The notes under the pieces: generated by a model | The model's input: only the letters and a program-made list of their open reading frames with translations | Told to the model about the DNA's origin: nothing | The model's database searches: none | NCBI GenBank assembly: GCA_000934665.2 | Contig: JYFJ02003055.1 | Location: forward strand, 1 to 46,722 | Direction of reading: 5' to 3' | From: Catajapyx aquilonaris | Taxonomy: Eukaryota | DNA: 46,722 nt | Part shown: positions 43,274-46,722 of the stretch, piece by piece | Position numbering within the stretch: position 1 is the first letter of the stretch | Layout: each line of letters starts with the position of its first letter | Translations under genes and position numbers: made by a program

Positions 43274-46200
43274 GTAAGTTGAATCTACCTGTATCCACCT
43301 GTTGACACCGACCGGCGTGGTTGTGGAATGGCTGTACACCTGCATATTGTACAGCCACTGTCCGTAGATTAACAGTGACCTGGCCATGAGTCACTCTATC
43401 GATTAAGTCTCAGCAATTAGCCGGGTTTTTCGAAACACCTGTGCAGCCAACCCATTTGAATTTGGCAGCTGCACCTCAGCTGGTGGCGTACCGTATGCAA
43501 ATCATGCGACAGTATTTTTTAAATAAATATTTCCAACCTCTGTCTTTTAGCGAATCAAATTGCCCAAGCATTTTAACCAATACAATGCATTGCCTTTCCG
43601 CTCCTTCAAGTCCTTTTGTTAACGACAAGAGACAATCGACAGTGAACGATACACGTGTCATTTTGTATGCGCAGGTGTGATATCAGCGACGATAACTGGT
43701 TAAAAAAAAAGATGGCAGATGGTGACGCCTAGGCACGCTGTACCCCCTCGACATGAAAGCGGTTTTTCTCTTTGCCCATCGGTTCTGCTTGAGTTTTTCT
43801 CCCCCTATTGGATGCTGGATGATGAAGAGAGGCAGAACCTAACAAAACGCTTCTCAATTGAAGATGAGGGTTCCAAATGGGGATGCTGGTGCCAGGAGAT
43901 ATCACAGCTGGCATATTTTTTGAGGGGGTATTCTCAAAGAGGAATGTTCAAATCTACCGCAGTGTTAAAAATAATGTACATAGATCTTTCGAAATGATAA
44001 AAAAAAATCGTGCTAGACGATTGTGATTTGCTTTGTACGTGACTGTACCGGTTGGAGGTCACGTTTTTTTTTGTAGTGTGGACATTACGTCCAAGGGCAG
44101 CATTGTATTGTAGAGATGGGCACGACTTTGATGATTTTCTTTCATTACATGGACCGTATTCTTACCTGAGGTTTTGCTCCAGGTCACTACAAATTTTAAG
44201 TTTGCGAAACTTTTCTAATTCGCCAACTCTATAGGAAATATCCATATTTCATTCACAACATTGACCATTTTTGTCATTGATGTCCTCTCATGAGACATCC
44301 CAAGCGATTCTGCATGTCTGTCTTGCCGAATGACAAATGTCAATTAGGTGAGTAAATAATGCAAAAAGGTTTTTTTCCTTTTCTTCCCCCAGCCCTCTCT
44401 AGAATATTCACCCCACCCCCACCCTTCAAAGAAAAAAAAAATACTTGCCACACTTATGCTGTCACATTATGCGCAAACGTGACACAAATATGACTCGAGA
44501 AAGAATGGGGAGCAAACAGTTTTCTGCATCTAATCAGAATATTTCTTGAATTTTTAATTAGCATAAAAATTATCATCACTGACAGCTTCATTTTCTTATG
44601 TAGGACCTGACAATGTTACAAATGGCTCTGTAAAGAACTGCTATATGATATTGTTGTTAGGGCCAAACGACCTTAACATAATTGGGATTTAGTGCATGAT
44701 ATACTGTAANTTCGTGCCTCTGTGGAATATTATACAGTAACCCACGCATTACAGACGCAAGTTCATCAAACTCTATCCGTATACCAATGAGTATTCGTCG
44801 CAATGGGTCAGTGACTCTGATCGCAGTACTAGCATACGAAATCAGTGGATTTATAGCCTGCAATTAGAGTTGGGCATAAATGTCCCTGGCACATATTTTC
44901 CACCCTCCCTCGAGTTGGCTTGAGATGCAATTAAACTCATGCGTTAGAATAGAACCGTGTAATTAGTCCATACAGTTATCCTGCTGAGAGGAATGCAAAT
45001 GAGTCCTAATTTCCAAGGGGGTCGTTTGCTTAGTGCTGGACTATAACGAATTGGAAGTGTCCATAGCAGTTTGGCCATATATCCAGAACTATATAACTAA
45101 TATTTTTGCTAATATTTGGGTCCAATCAGATGTTTTACGAGCTCCCTTTGTTTTTATGGGCAGCCATTGGAATCTATTCCTTTTACACGCCCTGGAAATG
45201 AAGTTCTTTTCACCCCCCCTGTTTTTTTTTTCCTAGAAAAAAAAAATTTAGGAGATGGGAATGTCGATGGGAACCACATTGATCACCTGGGGGGTTCGCA
45301 ACTGCACCGTTTCCAAAAATAGCGTTTATTGGCCACTAGGGGGATATCCATGGAGAGAAAAAAAAGGTGTTCAACCTGGATAGGTTTGCAGGTCTGGAAA
45401 CGTGCTAAGAATTGTGGTTATGTTGGCACGTGCCACTAATCGTTTCCAGATAGCTCGTTAATGGTTTCTTGTCCAAACAGTGCAAAGGAAAAAAACAGTG
45501 AACAAATTCGTGGAAGTGTATTACTTTGAAAAGTTGGCACCCATGATGATTTTTAGTGCTGTTTTACATAATAAATGATGCGCGGTACCTTCTGATGAGG
45601 TTGTTGACTCTTTGGCTTTTTTTTAAAGGCTCAGGCAAGCATTGCCCCATGTGTATGGCGGCCACAGGAATGTCGAACCTTATATGGGGAACACCTAGCT
45701 CGCACCTGTATGTTTTGTGTCCTACTTGAGCTCTTACGTCACATCAATATGTGAATATTATATGCCGCAGATACAGCGTTAGAGACCGGCAAAGTGGATC
45801 TCATTCCGCTCCAAGTAGTTCTGAGAACCGATTGAAACGCCTTGAAAGGGAGGTTGCTCATATAATCAGAACTTGAAGCACACAAACTTGCAGCAAATGG
45901 CAGCCTCCAGCAAATAATTGATCATCATCAAAATAATCTTCCAGGAATTTTTTTTTGCAATAGACGACAGATGTTGTTTAGTAGAGTTGTCTCAGCTATA
46001 GAATATAGCACTGACCAGTAGGACCCCTCTGAGTGTTGGACAGATTGGCACATAAGGGGATTTGGGACCTAACCAGTGGGTGGGGAGGATCCAATATGTC
46101 ACTGCTTGTATGAACCAGGCAGAACATAAATCTACTGCCCTATTGTCGGAGGTTGGAAATGTCAACAAGTGAGATCAGACCTGAAATGAATCATTTTTCA

Positions 46201-46722
46201 TGTCAAAAATTTGATGTAGATATACTGCCACAAATAATTGGACTTTCCAAACATTTTTTTTCTAGACATTCAACAGTGTGTGCTATAACGTTCATCCCAT
46301 ATAATCGACCCTGACAACTCCCAAAAAATGGGAACTAAAATCAAAAAGCCAGTTCCGGTAGGCACAAAGACTAGATTTTTTTCTTCTTCGTCTTTCCCAT
46401 TCTCTACTTGTTCTAAAGGCGGAAATACGAGCCTTTGGGAAGTTTCATTTTTCAAGGTGGGTTCTTGGGTTTTGGGCAGGGGTTGGTTCCCCCTCATCCC
46501 AAAAAAGGGGATATTTGGCCCCCCCCTTGAGGGTTTAGCTGGGGGTCATCCATCTTGGGCAGATCCCTTGGAGGGACATGGGAAAAGTTTGGCGGACATC
46601 ACCAGGGGTCTCATATACATATGCGAGCAAACGAGAGTCGTCAAAAACCGTAAACCTGGCTAAGTAGCGTGGGAAATATTGCAATTTTTTTTATAGCAGT
46701 CACTTTAGCTGTACCATTTCCA

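Noticed and set aside
44657..46663. Short ORFs in the NHS-like intron (includes an N at 44710)
   Set aside because: No recognisable domains or consistent splice phases; probably intronic or decayed repeat sequence.

Overview
Gene-dense eukaryotic genomic DNA from an invertebrate animal, probably an arthropod (inferred from Sobp, karmoisin-like and GUK-holder-like genes with many 55-90 nt introns). I assembled seven complete spliced genes by hand with frame-consistent exons: UTP6 (-), UBXN11 (-), SAP18 (+), Sobp (-), an uncharacterised STI1/DP-like protein (+), an SLC16A10/karmoisin-type monocarboxylate transporter (-) and GNB1L (-). Two genes are partial: the first coding exon of an NHS/GUK-holder gene (+) at the right, and a C2H2 zinc-finger ORF running off the left edge that the ORF track misses. 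Three gene pairs are head-to-head. Non-coding regions contain TIR/palindromic MITE-like elements, a CpG-rich AACGTTAC satellite in three blocks around the Sobp last exon, and a 30-bp-periodic CCAAT array in Sobp intron 1. No CRISPR, rRNA, tRNA or intact transposase was seen. Family assignments come from recognising motifs, not from database searches. I found no clearly novel multi-gene system; the best leads are the UTP6/zinc-finger junction, the STI1-like gene, the CCAAT array and the in-frame SAP18 intron.
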